The notes: generated from the letters alone by a model not told the origin. Shown: positions 45,669-55,567, counted from the stretch's first letter. The stretch is 64,000 bases of DNA from Spirochaetia bacterium (GCA_963675665.1 OY776510.1:2144001-2208000), one strand, 5' to 3'. Program-made: numbers and translations.

Positions 45669-47279
45669 ATGAAAAAGCTTATGACATGTTATGAAAACGC
45701 AGGTATTATTATCCGCACCCGGGCAAAGCAGCTTTTTATTATTTTGCTGGCCATGTCCTGCCTTATGCCTGTTCTGATAATCCATGATCTGGTTCAGAAG
45801 GATTTTATCAATAGCGGACTGTCTTCGATGGTTCTTGCTTCATTTGTCCTGTCGATTCTTCTGCTTTTCAGGGGCAGGTACCGGGTATCCAGCATAATCC
45901 CTGTTATTACAACCGTGATGGTAACATTCATGCTTTCTCTTTCTTTGCCGATTGAGTCGCCTTTTCAGGTATATAATGTTGTTTTTTATATGATGATTTC
46001 CCTCCTGTTTACCCTCTCGGCAAGCGAATCGGAATTTCATTCGCTTGTCGTAGGGGTTCTGAATCTTTTGATCCTTCTCGGCATAGGCATTTTTAAAATA
46101 TATCCCCAGGTAAAATCCCTGACAGGAAGAAGCTGTTCGGAACAGGTTGTTGTTGCAACGGTACTGTTTGTTCTGGCCGGATTAATGGTTTTTATAACTG
46201 CAAGGGGAAATAAAATGGCGCTCGTCCGGATTGAAAAAACCAATTCTGAAAACAGGAAGATCATCAGAGAGATTATGGAGTTAATGACTGATTCGGAATC
46301 TTCGTTACAGATAACCAAAGCATTAATTGAAGAATATGGAAATATTAAGGAAAATGTAAGCCGGATCAGAACTCAGGTTTCTTCCTATAATTCAATTGCG
46401 GCGAATGTGCGGAATACTATGAATGAAGCCTTGTCCTCAATAGGTAATTCTGTCGAGCTTGCTGAAAGTTTTAATTTCAGGGTTGATGAGCAGAACGCCG
46501 TTGTGCAGGAGTCGACTGCATCAATAAATGAGATGTCCGCTTCGCTGAATTCTGTTGCGGCAATTGTAGAGGAGAGAATGAAAGCAATGCGCCGGTTGAT
46601 AGAAAAGGCTGAAACTGGAAAGTCTGAGCTTGATGCCGCACAGAAAGCGTTGCTGCATAATGCAAATCAAATGCAGAAACTTATGGAAATAAACAGAATG
46701 ATCAGTGAAATTGCAGGACAAACCAATCTTTTGTCGATGAATGCCGCGATCGAAGCTGCGCATGCAGGCGATATGGGAAGAGGGTTCGCTGTTGTCGCGT
46801 CGGAGATCCGAAAGCTTGCACAGTCAAGCACGGGTAATTCGCAGGTTATAGCGAAAGATATTGAGCTTATAAGCTCGGGCGTTAATGAAACCATTGAATT
46901 GACTGAGAGTGCGGAACTTGTAATTGAACAGATGAATCATGAAGTTCGGCAGGTCTGCAATGCTTTTGAAGAGATTAACGGATCAACTCATGAATTATCG
47001 ATAGGCGGTGATGAGATAGCCCGGGCAATGGCGGCGCTTCAGGACAGTTCGCGTTCTCTTCACGATGGGGTTATTGAAATCAGCGACGATCAGAACCAGG
47101 TCAGGAATGATGTCGGCGATCTCAGCAGATTGATCGATATTCTCAATGATGCTTCAGGAAAGATAACTGAAGCCGTTGAAGGTATAAATTCATCGATGAG
47201 CAGGCTGGAAAAAATTATAGACGAATCCGGCCAGCAGTCCGAAAAGCTGCATCAGGGAATAAGGTTGCTGGCTTCGTAA
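45669..47279 (+). CDS. Methyl-accepting chemotaxis protein with multi-TM N-terminus
   Basis: About 6 TM, then [37 protein letters not shown]. Confidence 0.93.
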   Translation: MKKLMTCYENAGIIIRTRAKQLFIILLAMSCLMPVLIIHDLVQKDFINSGLSSMVLASFVLSILLLFRGRYRVSSIIPVITTVMVTFMLSLSLPIESPFQVYNVVFYMMISLLFTLSASESEFHSLVVGVLNLLILLGIGIFKIYPQVKSLTGRSCSEQVVVATVLFVLAGLMVFITARGNKMALVRIEKTNSENRKIIREIMELMTDSESSLQITKALIEEYGNIKENVSRIRTQVSSYNSIAANVRNTMNEALSSIGNSVELAESFNFRVDEQNAVVQESTASINEMSASLNSVAAIVEERMKAMRRLIEKAETGKSELDAAQKALLHNANQMQKLMEINRMISEIAGQTNLLSMNAAIEAAHAGDMGRGFAVVASEIRKLAQSSTGNSQVIAKDIELISSGVNETIELTESAELVIEQMNHEVRQVCNAFEEINGSTHELSIGGDEIARAMAALQDSSRSLHDGVIEISDDQNQVRNDVGDLSRLIDILNDASGKITEAVEGINSSMSRLEKIIDESGQQSEKLHQGIRLLAS

Positions 47280-47281
47280 GA

Positions 47282-47785
47282 TTACCGCACGCTGTTCAGC
47301 AGGGACATTATTTCGTCTGCAATCTCTTCAGGTGTTCCGCCGATTGGAACTGTTATGCCTTCTTCAGGTTCTTCAAGTGTATTGAATTGCGACTGAAGCA
47401 GTTTCGGCGGCATGAAATGGTTTCTTCGTTTGTTTATCCTGTCGGATATCTCCTCGAATGAACCTTTCAAATAGATGAAGGCGCAGTGATCAATCAGCCC
47501 ACAGGTCAGGATTTCGCGGTAGCTTTTCTTCAGCGCCGAACACGCAATTACAGCGCCCGTTTCAATATTCTCTGATGCCAGATTATTCAGGTTCTCAAGC
47601 CAGCCCTTTCTGTCGGAATCGTTCAGCGGTATTCCGGCGCGCATCTTGCTGATATTGTTTTCAGGATGGTAGTCGTCTCCGTCGAAGAAAGGTAAATCCA
47701 GTCTGCCGGCAAGAATCTTGCCCACGGTGGATTTGCCGCACCCGGAGACTCCCATTATGTATAAAATCTTTACAGGATTATTCAT
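47282..47785 (-). CDS. gntK: Gluconokinase (GntK/IdnK type)
   Basis: MGVSGCGKSTVG, DGDDYHP..NISKMRAGIPLNDSDR, ACSALKKSYR, HFMPPKLLQSQFNTLEEP. Confidence 0.93.
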   Translation of the reverse strand: MNNPVKILYIMGVSGCGKSTVGKILAGRLDLPFFDGDDYHPENNISKMRAGIPLNDSDRKGWLENLNNLASENIETGAVIACSALKKSYREILTCGLIDHCAFIYLKGSFEEISDRINKRRNHFMPPKLLQSQFNTLEEPEEGITVPIGGTPEEIADEIMSLLNSVR

Positions 47786-47872
47786 GTTTCATCCTGAGAT
47801 AGAGTATCGGAAATTTATTAAGGAATTTCAATATCGATAAACCTTGACAATGAAATTATTATATAGTAAATA

Positions 47873-48163
47873 ATGTATATGACTATCACTGAGAAAGCAA
47901 AAGGTCCCCTGAAGGAACTGTTTGACTCCCGTCCGGGAAATATCTTTACAGTATTTGTTCAGGGGTTTGGATGAGGCGGTCCGCAGATTAATATGGCTCT
48001 GGAAGAGTCCGATGAAAAACTGACCGCCGTTGAATATGACGGCCTGCCGTTCCAGTTTGAAGAACGCATCAAGCATATTTTCGAAAATATGGTAATAGAC
48101 TATATAGAAAGTTTCTGGCAGAAAGGTCTTGTTATCAGGACTTCCGTCGGGGGCCGCTGCTGA
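47873..48163 (+). CDS. HesB/IscA-like selenoprotein (Sec at in-frame TGA 47972-47974), 96 aa
   Basis: Manual translation MYMTITEKAKGPLKELFDSRPGNIFTVFVQGFG-U-GGPQINMALEESDEKLTAVEYDGLPFQFEERIKHIFENMVIDYIESFWQKGLVIRTSVGGRC; ITEKA...GFGUGGP..MALEE...IDY pattern; SECIS-like hairpin; own terminator. Confidence 0.85.
47995..48009 (+). promoter_or_regulatory. SECIS-like hairpin
   Basis: GGCTCT-GGA-AGAGTC; apical loop starts with G, 26 nt after the UGA. Confidence 0.6.
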
Positions 48164-48186
48164 TACAAAAACGGTTTTAACCGATC

Positions 48187-48209
48187 AACCAGCTTCGGCT
48201 GGTTTTTTT
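48187..48209 (+). terminator. Intrinsic terminator after the selenoprotein gene
   Basis: AACCAGC-TTCG-GCTGGTT followed by a T-tract. Confidence 0.85.
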
Positions 48210-48282
48210 GTTATTCTGTTTTAACATTGAAAAAAATCGAATCACCATTTATTATGAATAAAAATCAGTTCAGGAATATGGT

Positions 48283-49137
48283 GTGGCAGAATTAAGAACA
48301 GACAAGCTTGTTTCCCCGGTTGTGAAATGGGTCGGAGGTAAAAGGCAGCTGCTGAAAGATATAGAACCTCACCTGCCTGAAGAAGTCCGAAACGGTAAGG
48401 CCGACTATTACGAACCTTTTATAGGCGGAGGCGCCGTTTTTTTTCATCTTCAGCCTAAGAGGGCAGTGATCAATGACAATAATGAGGAACTTGTTAATCT
48501 GTACAGAGTAATAAAGGATTATCCGTCGGAGCTTGTTGAAGATCTTAAAAAGCACAGTAATGAAGAAGAATATTTCTATGAAATCCGGGGACTCGACCGG
48601 GATAGAGAGACCTTTTTGAAACTCAATGATGTCGAACGGGCCTCCAGAATTATATTTTTGAATAAAACCTGTTACAACGGACTTTTCAGGGTGAACAGCG
48701 CCGGTGAGTTTAATACACCCTTCGGCCGGTACAGGAATCCCAATATTGTCAACGAAATTACAATCAGGGCGATACACAATTATTTCGTGAATAACGATGT
48801 AACAATACTGAACACGGATTTTGAATCGGCCCTTGAAAACATTAACCAGGGTTCCTTTGTGTATTTTGACCCTCCTTATGACCCGGTCTCCGACAGTGCG
48901 AATTTTACAGGCTATACAAAAGGCGGTTTCGGCAGGGAAGAGCAGAAGAGGCTTAAGAATGTCTGCGATATATTAAGCGATAAAGGTGTGAAGTTTTTAC
49001 TTTCAAATTCTGCCACGGATTTTATACGTGAACTATACTCTGATTATCACGTGGGGACAATCAAAGCCGGACGCGCGGTCAACTCGAGAACGGACAGGCG
49101 CGGAGCGGTTGAAGAAGTATTAGTGCGGAATTACTGA
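48283..49137 (+). CDS. dam: DNA adenine methylase (Dam/DpnM, D12 class), orphan
   Basis: KWVGGKRQL, YYEPFIGGGAV, LNKTCYNGLFRVNSAGEFNTPFG, FVYFDPPY, FTGYT, LSNS. Confidence 0.92.
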   Translation: MAELRTDKLVSPVVKWVGGKRQLLKDIEPHLPEEVRNGKADYYEPFIGGGAVFFHLQPKRAVINDNNEELVNLYRVIKDYPSELVEDLKKHSNEEEYFYEIRGLDRDRETFLKLNDVERASRIIFLNKTCYNGLFRVNSAGEFNTPFGRYRNPNIVNEITIRAIHNYFVNNDVTILNTDFESALENINQGSFVYFDPPYDPVSDSANFTGYTKGGFGREEQKRLKNVCDILSDKGVKFLLSNSATDFIRELYSDYHVGTIKAGRAVNSRTDRRGAVEEVLVRNY

Positions 49138-49274
49138 ACAATAATAATACCGTGAAAACCATAACATCTGTAACAGCGTGAAAATCAAAGTTTTACATTT
49201 CAATTCATTGATATTACTGAAACCTCAGAATTAATTTCCATAGCTTTATTGGAAAGAACAGTTACACCAAATAA

Positions 49275-49328
49275 ATACCTGTATAAACGTATATATGTAT
49301 AGACAGGTATACAGGTTCATGTTATAAT
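49275..49328 (+). promoter_or_regulatory. Promoter TAGACA-17-TATAAT overlapped by a 36-bp imperfect palindrome (GntR/HutC-type boxes)
   Basis: ATACCTGTATAAACGTATATATGTATAGACAGGTAT at 49275-49310; -35 49300-49305; -10 49323-49328. Confidence 0.65.
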
Positions 49329-49337
49329 CCAGTCTAC

Positions 49338-50882
49338 ATGGCAGACAAAAATTTTTTCCTGAGTATAGATCTGGGATCAACCGGCAATAAGATTGCTCTT
49401 GTAAATGAAAAGGGTGAATTTGCATGTTTCCGATATTTTAAAACACTTATAAAACATCCGAAGCTTGGCGAAGTGGATCAGGACCCTGACAATTGCCTGA
49501 AAGTATCAATGACGGGCGCCAGGGAGGTTATTGAAGAATCAGGTATTCCTGCGGAAAAAATAGCTGCAGTCTGTTTTACCGGCCAAATGGGCGGAGTGGT
49601 AGGTATTGATTCTGATTTTAATTTATGTACAGGTTACGACAGCCCCCTGGATACAAGGTGTAATAAATATATTGAATACCTTACCGGGAATTTTCATAAG
49701 GAATTATTAAGCAATACATCGGGTAACCCTACGCATGCTTCAAAAATGCTTTACTGGAAAAAAGAGCATCCCGATATTTATCGCCGGATTTTCAGGTTTA
49801 TCCCGTTATCATCATATGTGTGCGGAAAATGGTGTAACCATAAAGGTGAAAACGCATTTTATGATTACACAAACCTTTCATTTACAGGGTTAAACAGCGT
49901 GTGCGGGCTGGACTGGAACCCGGATCTTTGCCGGCTGTTTGATCTGGATGCCGGTAAGCTTCCTGAAATTGTAAAGCCCTGGGATATAGTTGGAACTGTG
50001 ACTGCAGAATGCTCAAGTATATCGGGAATAGTCCCGGGAACTCCCGTTGTTGCAGGGGCCGGAGATCAGCCGGCAGGTTTTCTGGGCGCAGGGATGGTCG
50101 AGCGGAATGCGGCAATTGAGGTTTCCGGCGGGACGTCTGTATTTTCCATAACATCCGATCGCTTTGTTCCGGATATTGAATCGGGCAGCATCGTCTATAT
50201 GAATTCTGTTTTTCCTGACCTTTATTATCCTTTGTCCTATGTAAACGGAGGGCAGAATATAAGATGGTTTATTGAAAATTTTGCCAAAGAGGAAGAAAGG
50301 CAGGCGGAAGTTGAAAACAGGGACATTCTTCTGATTCTCGAGGAAAAAGCTGCCGAAATAGAGGCGGGCTCAGGCGAGCTGTTGTTTGTCCCTCATCTTT
50401 CGGGACAGCACTGTCCGAACGTACCGGAGTTTTCCGGGGCATGGGTCGGCCTGACCTGGGGGCATACCCCAACTCACATGTACAGATCAGTTCTTGAAGC
50501 TGTTGCATACAGTCACAGGTGCGCACTGGTTCGCATGAAGCAGTTGTTTCCCGGTTTAAAGATAAAAACGGTAAGGGCAACGGGCGGCGGAAGTAAAAGC
50601 AGGTTATGGAACAGTATAAAGGCTGATGTTCTTGGAATTCCTGTATATACATTAAATCAGCCTGAAACCGGTTTGAAGGGAGTTGCCTTGCTTGCCGCAT
50701 ACGGAATCGGCTGTATTTCGGATTTAAAAAAAGCTTCCCTGGAAACATCCGTGATGCAGAATCAAATCGAACCGTCAAAAGAGAATGAGAAGATTTATCG
50801 ATATATGACGGAATCTTATAAAAACTGTCTTAATTGTCTTGAATTACATTTTAATAAAACAAAACTTTGGAGGAATTTATGA
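49338..50882 (+). CDS. FGGY-family carbohydrate kinase (xylulokinase-like)
   Basis: SIDLGSTGNK, FTGQMGG, DTRC, AGAGDQPAG, FVPHLSG, RSVLEAVAY, TGGGSKS..WNSIKADVLG. Confidence 0.92.
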   Translation: MADKNFFLSIDLGSTGNKIALVNEKGEFACFRYFKTLIKHPKLGEVDQDPDNCLKVSMTGAREVIEESGIPAEKIAAVCFTGQMGGVVGIDSDFNLCTGYDSPLDTRCNKYIEYLTGNFHKELLSNTSGNPTHASKMLYWKKEHPDIYRRIFRFIPLSSYVCGKWCNHKGENAFYDYTNLSFTGLNSVCGLDWNPDLCRLFDLDAGKLPEIVKPWDIVGTVTAECSSISGIVPGTPVVAGAGDQPAGFLGAGMVERNAAIEVSGGTSVFSITSDRFVPDIESGSIVYMNSVFPDLYYPLSYVNGGQNIRWFIENFAKEEERQAEVENRDILLILEEKAAEIEAGSGELLFVPHLSGQHCPNVPEFSGAWVGLTWGHTPTHMYRSVLEAVAYSHRCALVRMKQLFPGLKIKTVRATGGGSKSRLWNSIKADVLGIPVYTLNQPETGLKGVALLAAYGIGCISDLKKASLETSVMQNQIEPSKENEKIYRYMTESYKNCLNCLELHFNKTKLWRNL

Positions 50883-51721
50883 AATTTGGAGTACATTCAA
50901 TTTTATTCAGCGATTCGTTTCTTGAAAAGGATCTTCCTTTACTTGAAAAGTTGAAAAAGATGGGATTCGATACGGTAGAAATGCCGCCGTTTGATCAGGA
51001 AAACTTCCCTGCGTCAAAAGTAAAACAAATGTCTGAAGAGCTCGGCCTTGATATTAATATTGCTTACGGACTGGAACCTGAACACAATATAATTTCCCCG
51101 GATGCTGATGTCAGAAGGGCCGGAATTGATTTCACAAAAAAGCTTGTTGATATAAGTAATAAAGCGGGAGCAAAGATCTTTGGAGGAGTAATATATTGTC
51201 CCTGGGGATATACTACCGGGAAGGCCCCAACGAAGGATGAATGGTCCTGGGGAGTGGAAGGTTTCAGGGAAATTGCGGAATATGCGGCATCCGAGTCGGA
51301 TCTTGTTCTTTGTGTAGAACCAATTAATAGAATGGAATCACATTTCATCAATACGCTTGAAGCCGGTTCCCGCTTTGTCGAAGACCTTGGAATGAAGAAT
51401 GTTAAGCTTATCATGGATACATATCATCTCATCCGTGAAGAAACATCGGTATATGATTCAATTACTGCTGCAGGAAAACATATTGCCTATGTCCATTCAA
51501 ATGAAAACCACCGGGGCATTCCGGGTTCAGGTCTTGTGCCGTGGGAAGAGGTTTTCAGGGCATTAAAAGCGATTAATTTTGACGGATGCATGACTCTTGA
51601 ATCGTTTAATCCCAATAATGAAAATTGTGCGTCAATGGGTTGTATATGGCGCAAGTTGGCTGATTCTCCCGAACAGCTGGCAAGCGAAGGGCTCAAGTTC
51701 CTGAAAAAGATGGCGGGATAA
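50879..51721 (+). CDS. Sugar phosphate isomerase/epimerase (D-tagatose/D-psicose 3-epimerase family)
   Basis: VEPINRMESH, MDTYH, HSNENHRGIPGSG, LESF, CIWR metal-binding motifs. Confidence 0.88.
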   Translation: MKFGVHSILFSDSFLEKDLPLLEKLKKMGFDTVEMPPFDQENFPASKVKQMSEELGLDINIAYGLEPEHNIISPDADVRRAGIDFTKKLVDISNKAGAKIFGGVIYCPWGYTTGKAPTKDEWSWGVEGFREIAEYAASESDLVLCVEPINRMESHFINTLEAGSRFVEDLGMKNVKLIMDTYHLIREETSVYDSITAAGKHIAYVHSNENHRGIPGSGLVPWEEVFRALKAINFDGCMTLESFNPNNENCASMGCIWRKLADSPEQLASEGLKFLKKMAG

Positions 51722-51727
51722 AAAGAT

Positions 51728-52846
51728 ATGAGCGAGAGTCGAACGGAGCACCCTTTCCGGATTTACGAATCAATGCGAAAAACTCCCGACCTTCTTGATG
51801 AATGCCTGGAAGGGAGCGTTTTACAGGATATTGAAGCTCTTTGTGCGGAATTCCGGAAGAGAAAAATCAACAGGATATACTGCCTGGGAACCGGCTCGTC
51901 ATTTCTTGCAGGAATAGCGCAGGCTTTTGCGTTTAGAATGATAACCGGGATGAATGCGGAAGCCTGGAACTCTTTGGAGTTCAGGCTTTATCTTCCTCCC
52001 GGAGTCGACAGGCATACGGCTGTTTTACTGAATTCCCATTCCGGGAAGTCTCCCGGAGATGTGGAAACAATAAAGAGGGCAAAAGCAGCCGGCGCTTTCA
52101 CAGTGGCGGTTACTGATATTGAAAATACCCCGCTTACCGAAAGCAGCGATTATTGTTTCCTCGGACCGGGCGGGGCAAAACACGAGATGCCTTCTACAAG
52201 GACCTATGCAACTGCGGTTTTCAGGGTACTGCAGTTTATCAATGCCCTGGGCCGGACTGACAGGAAGTCCGGTTTTCATGATTACGGCGAAGAGTTAAGC
52301 CGGATTCCGGGCCATATGAGGCAGTGTATTGATTTTTTTGATGAAAAAGGCCCTGAATATGCCGGAAAACTAAGCGGATTCTCAGATTTTCTGGTTATGG
52401 CGCAGGGTCCTAACCTGTCGACAGCCCAGGAAGCTGCGATGGGTTTGACGCAGGCTACCGGCCTGCCTGCCCAGGGATTTCTTCTCGAAGAATATCTCCA
52501 CGGCCAGATTCAGTCTCTGTCTGAAAAAGATGCGGTTATGATCATTGCTTCGCCCGGGCCGTGTAGCGAACGGCTTGCCGGATTTCAGAAAGTTGCGCAG
52601 CGAATCGGCGCGGAAGTATTTCTTTTTGCGCCTGAAGACAGCCCGGTATGTTTGGAAGCGAGAGATTGTATCGCCCTGCCGGGCGGTATTGATGAGGTGC
52701 TTACGCCGGTTTTTTACTGTGTTCCGTTCTGGTTTATAGGATACCATCTGTCCCTGAAATTCGGCAGGGATCCGGACCTTCTGAGCATGGGCACAAAGGA
52801 ATTTACGGAATCCGGACTTGCCCGGTATAAAAAGGAATTTACTTGA
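51728..52846 (+). CDS. Double-SIS-domain protein (GlmS C-terminus / AgaS / FrlB-like isomerase or deaminase)
   Basis: LGTGSS, NSHSGKS, STRTY, AQEAAM, EEYLHG, GRDPD. Confidence 0.85.
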   Translation: MSESRTEHPFRIYESMRKTPDLLDECLEGSVLQDIEALCAEFRKRKINRIYCLGTGSSFLAGIAQAFAFRMITGMNAEAWNSLEFRLYLPPGVDRHTAVLLNSHSGKSPGDVETIKRAKAAGAFTVAVTDIENTPLTESSDYCFLGPGGAKHEMPSTRTYATAVFRVLQFINALGRTDRKSGFHDYGEELSRIPGHMRQCIDFFDEKGPEYAGKLSGFSDFLVMAQGPNLSTAQEAAMGLTQATGLPAQGFLLEEYLHGQIQSLSEKDAVMIIASPGPCSERLAGFQKVAQRIGAEVFLFAPEDSPVCLEARDCIALPGGIDEVLTPVFYCVPFWFIGYHLSLKFGRDPDLLSMGTKEFTESGLARYKKEFT

Positions 52847-52864
52847 AAAATAAAGGAATAATAT

Positions 52865-54556
52865 ATGACATCTATACCTGAGACAAATTATGCCTGGCCG
52901 TTATTCGGCGCCGGGGTTGAAAACCTTGGAATTAACGGTGAACCGGAGCTCCGGAAAGTGGAAATGCCCGGGGACGATGAAATTCTTATCAGGCATGATG
53001 CAGTAAGCCTCTGCTACACTGATGTTAAGGAAATAAATTTCGGGAATACGCATCCGCGCCTCATCGGGCGGGACCTTAAAAAGAATCCTATTGTGCCCGG
53101 GCATGAGGTAAGCATGACTGTTCTGGCGGTAGGAAAGAACCGGCAGAAAGATTATGCGGTCGGTGAACGCTATGTTATTCAACCCGACGTCTGGTATCAG
53201 GGAAAGAGTGTACCGTACAGTTTCGGTATAGACGGCGCATATAGACAATACGCAATAATCGGCAAGGAAGTGCTTGATGGAGATGCCGGAAGCTATCTTA
53301 TTCCGGTTCCTGAAGGAATGTGCTATGCCGGGGCAGCCTTAACCGAACCGTGGGCATGCGTGGAAGCATCATACAGAATGAGATACCGCAACTCGCCTGC
53401 CGCAGGTGGAACGATGTGGATTTATTCTCCTTCGGTTCCCCGCGCAGGTTATACGACAGGCGGTTTGTTTAATCCTGAAGCGCCTCCGAAGAAGGTGGTA
53501 TGCACAGGCCTTCCCGATGATTTAAAAGACGGGATTGCAAAAATCTGCAGTAATCTTTCGGTTGAAATATTGGAAAAAACGGCTGAAGAAGTACTGTCTT
53601 CGGATTTGACTTTTGATGATATTCTTATACTTGATCCCGATTCGCAGGACGCCGCTTCGGCAGGAGGTCATCTTGCAAAGAATGGTATTCAGGTAATTTA
53701 CAGCGGAAAGGAAATGGAACCGGTTCCCATGGATTTGGGTCGAATCCATTATGATCATATCGTTACGATAGGATCCGAAAGTCTGAATCTGGAAGACGGT
53801 TATCGGGAAACAGAGATAGATCCTAATCTGAAAAAAGACGGAATCGCCATGATTCTGGGCGCCGGCGGCCCTATGGGCAGAATGCATGTTCAGCGGGCGA
53901 TAGAATCATCCAGCGGTCCGGGACTTGTGGTTGCGGTCAACAGAAGTAAAAAGAAACTTGATGATCTTATGGAAAATTTTGCTCCGCTTGCTGAAGAGAA
54001 AGGGGTGGAGCTTGTCGGAATAAGTCCGGAGGGCGATCCGGAGTATTATAAATCTGTTATCAACAGGGTAATGGATTCGGGCGGTTTTGATGATATAGAG
54101 GTGATGATATCCGATCTGCCGACAATTACCGACGCGTTCAAACTCCTGGCAAAAGGCGGAGTAATGAATGTTTTCGCCGGGGTCAAAAAGGGCACAATGG
54201 CCTCTTTTGACGTTAACAGGATTTTCGGCCCGATGAAAAACCGTCTGGTTGGATATTCCGGTTCGGGAATAGAAGACCAGATTTCAATAATTAATCGTTA
54301 CAAGGCGGGAGAACTGGAAACGAGAAGATCAGTGATTGCTGTCGGAGGAATCCGCCAGATTCCTGAAGGTGTGCGCGCAATGGAAGAATCAAGGTTTCCC
54401 GGGAAGATATTGATATATCCCGGGATCGAAGATTTTCCGCTGACGCCGATCAATGAGATTGGCCGGCTTCTTCCCGAAGTTTTTAACGCGCTTGAAGACG
54501 GCAGGGTATGGACTGCGGAAGCCGAGCGGATATTTCTGGAGGTTGCATCAAAATGA
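52865..54556 (+). CDS. Long Zn-dependent MDR dehydrogenase (L-sorbose-1-phosphate reductase-like)
   Basis: SLCYTD, HPR, PGHE, IQPD, ALTEPWACV, ILGAGGPMGRMH, FPGKILIYP. Confidence 0.8.
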   Translation: MTSIPETNYAWPLFGAGVENLGINGEPELRKVEMPGDDEILIRHDAVSLCYTDVKEINFGNTHPRLIGRDLKKNPIVPGHEVSMTVLAVGKNRQKDYAVGERYVIQPDVWYQGKSVPYSFGIDGAYRQYAIIGKEVLDGDAGSYLIPVPEGMCYAGAALTEPWACVEASYRMRYRNSPAAGGTMWIYSPSVPRAGYTTGGLFNPEAPPKKVVCTGLPDDLKDGIAKICSNLSVEILEKTAEEVLSSDLTFDDILILDPDSQDAASAGGHLAKNGIQVIYSGKEMEPVPMDLGRIHYDHIVTIGSESLNLEDGYRETEIDPNLKKDGIAMILGAGGPMGRMHVQRAIESSSGPGLVVAVNRSKKKLDDLMENFAPLAEEKGVELVGISPEGDPEYYKSVINRVMDSGGFDDIEVMISDLPTITDAFKLLAKGGVMNVFAGVKKGTMASFDVNRIFGPMKNRLVGYSGSGIEDQISIINRYKAGELETRRSVIAVGGIRQIPEGVRAMEESRFPGKILIYPGIEDFPLTPINEIGRLLPEVFNALEDGRVWTAEAERIFLEVASK

Positions 54557-55548
54557 ATTATCGTACTCTTGGAAAAACAGGCATCAGGATAAGTGAACTT
54601 GGTATCGGCGGAGGAATGTTTCATCAATATTCCGAACAAAAGGTTAGTGAAGCCGTGAATATTATAAGTCACGCATTTGATTTGGGAATAAACTATATTG
54701 ATACCGCGCCGGCTTATGGCGACAGTGAAAAGGTGATCGGCGAAGTCTGTAAAAAAATAGAAGGCCCCTGCATTTTTTCCACCAAACTCGGGGGAAGACC
54801 GCAGCCTTTCCAGCCTCAGAACAAAAAGGCCCTTCGCAGTTCCTTTGAGGAAAGTCTGAAGCTTCTCGGTCGCAGTCATGTAGATATTTTATTTATACAT
54901 GAAGCCGACAGGCCCGGACAATATGACTGGTTTACCGATCGAAAAAAACTGGAAGGTCCCGTTCTGGAGCTTATTGACGATTTGAAGTCGGAAGGAGTAA
55001 TAAAATACTGCGGAATTGCGGGAACTACGGTTTACGAAATGATGAATCTGGTAAAAACAGGTCTCTTCGATGTATTGCTTACAGCTTTCAATTCAAGTCT
55101 GTTATGGCAGGAAAGCCTTCGGTACCTTATTCCTGAGGCAAAAAAAGAGAAAATGGGCGTGGTTATAGGTTCGCCGCTACAACATGGGGCTCTTGCCTGT
55201 TTGTATGAAGATGAAATAGAGAACGGCGCACTGTGGCTTTCCAGTCCCAGGCGCATGCAGTTTAAGAAGTTATATGAATATGTACGCGATCTGGATATGC
55301 CGATATCAGTTCTGGGTCTGAGGTATATGATGTCAAACCCGGATATTTCCTCTGTTCTTATGGGTGTAGGAAACATAAAAGAGCTTGAAGAGAATGCACG
55401 TACAATTAATGCCGGCCCGCTTGATGATGAAATCATTGAAAAGATAAACGAGATAGCTGATCTCGTACCGTTCAGACCATATGAAGAACCTTACAAGCTT
55501 CCGTTCGGCAGAGATTATACAGGTCCCGGACATATCGGAAAACTTTAG
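54553..55548 (+). CDS. Aldo/keto reductase
   Basis: YRTLGKTG, GINYIDTAPAYGDSE, STKLG, ESLKLLG...DILFIHE, GSPL. Confidence 0.92.
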   Translation: MNYRTLGKTGIRISELGIGGGMFHQYSEQKVSEAVNIISHAFDLGINYIDTAPAYGDSEKVIGEVCKKIEGPCIFSTKLGGRPQPFQPQNKKALRSSFEESLKLLGRSHVDILFIHEADRPGQYDWFTDRKKLEGPVLELIDDLKSEGVIKYCGIAGTTVYEMMNLVKTGLFDVLLTAFNSSLLWQESLRYLIPEAKKEKMGVVIGSPLQHGALACLYEDEIENGALWLSSPRRMQFKKLYEYVRDLDMPISVLGLRYMMSNPDISSVLMGVGNIKELEENARTINAGPLDDEIIEKINEIADLVPFRPYEEPYKLPFGRDYTGPGHIGKL

Positions 55549-55567
55549 GAATAAGCGAGAATATCAG

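Noticed and set aside
47828-48076. 82-aa minus-strand ORF from the ORF track
   Set aside because: Antisense shadow of the + strand selenoprotein gene; no motifs, and the terminator orientation favours the + gene.
47873-48163. Reading the internal TGA as a nonsense mutation (pseudogene)
   Set aside because: The stop falls at the family's Cys/Sec position, has a SECIS-like hairpin downstream, and the frame is otherwise intact. It cannot be fully excluded without seeing sel genes.
15987-49137. Restriction-modification or defence island built from the two methyltransferases
   Set aside because: They are 30 kb apart among metabolic genes; no nuclease, integrase or other defence gene was recognised.
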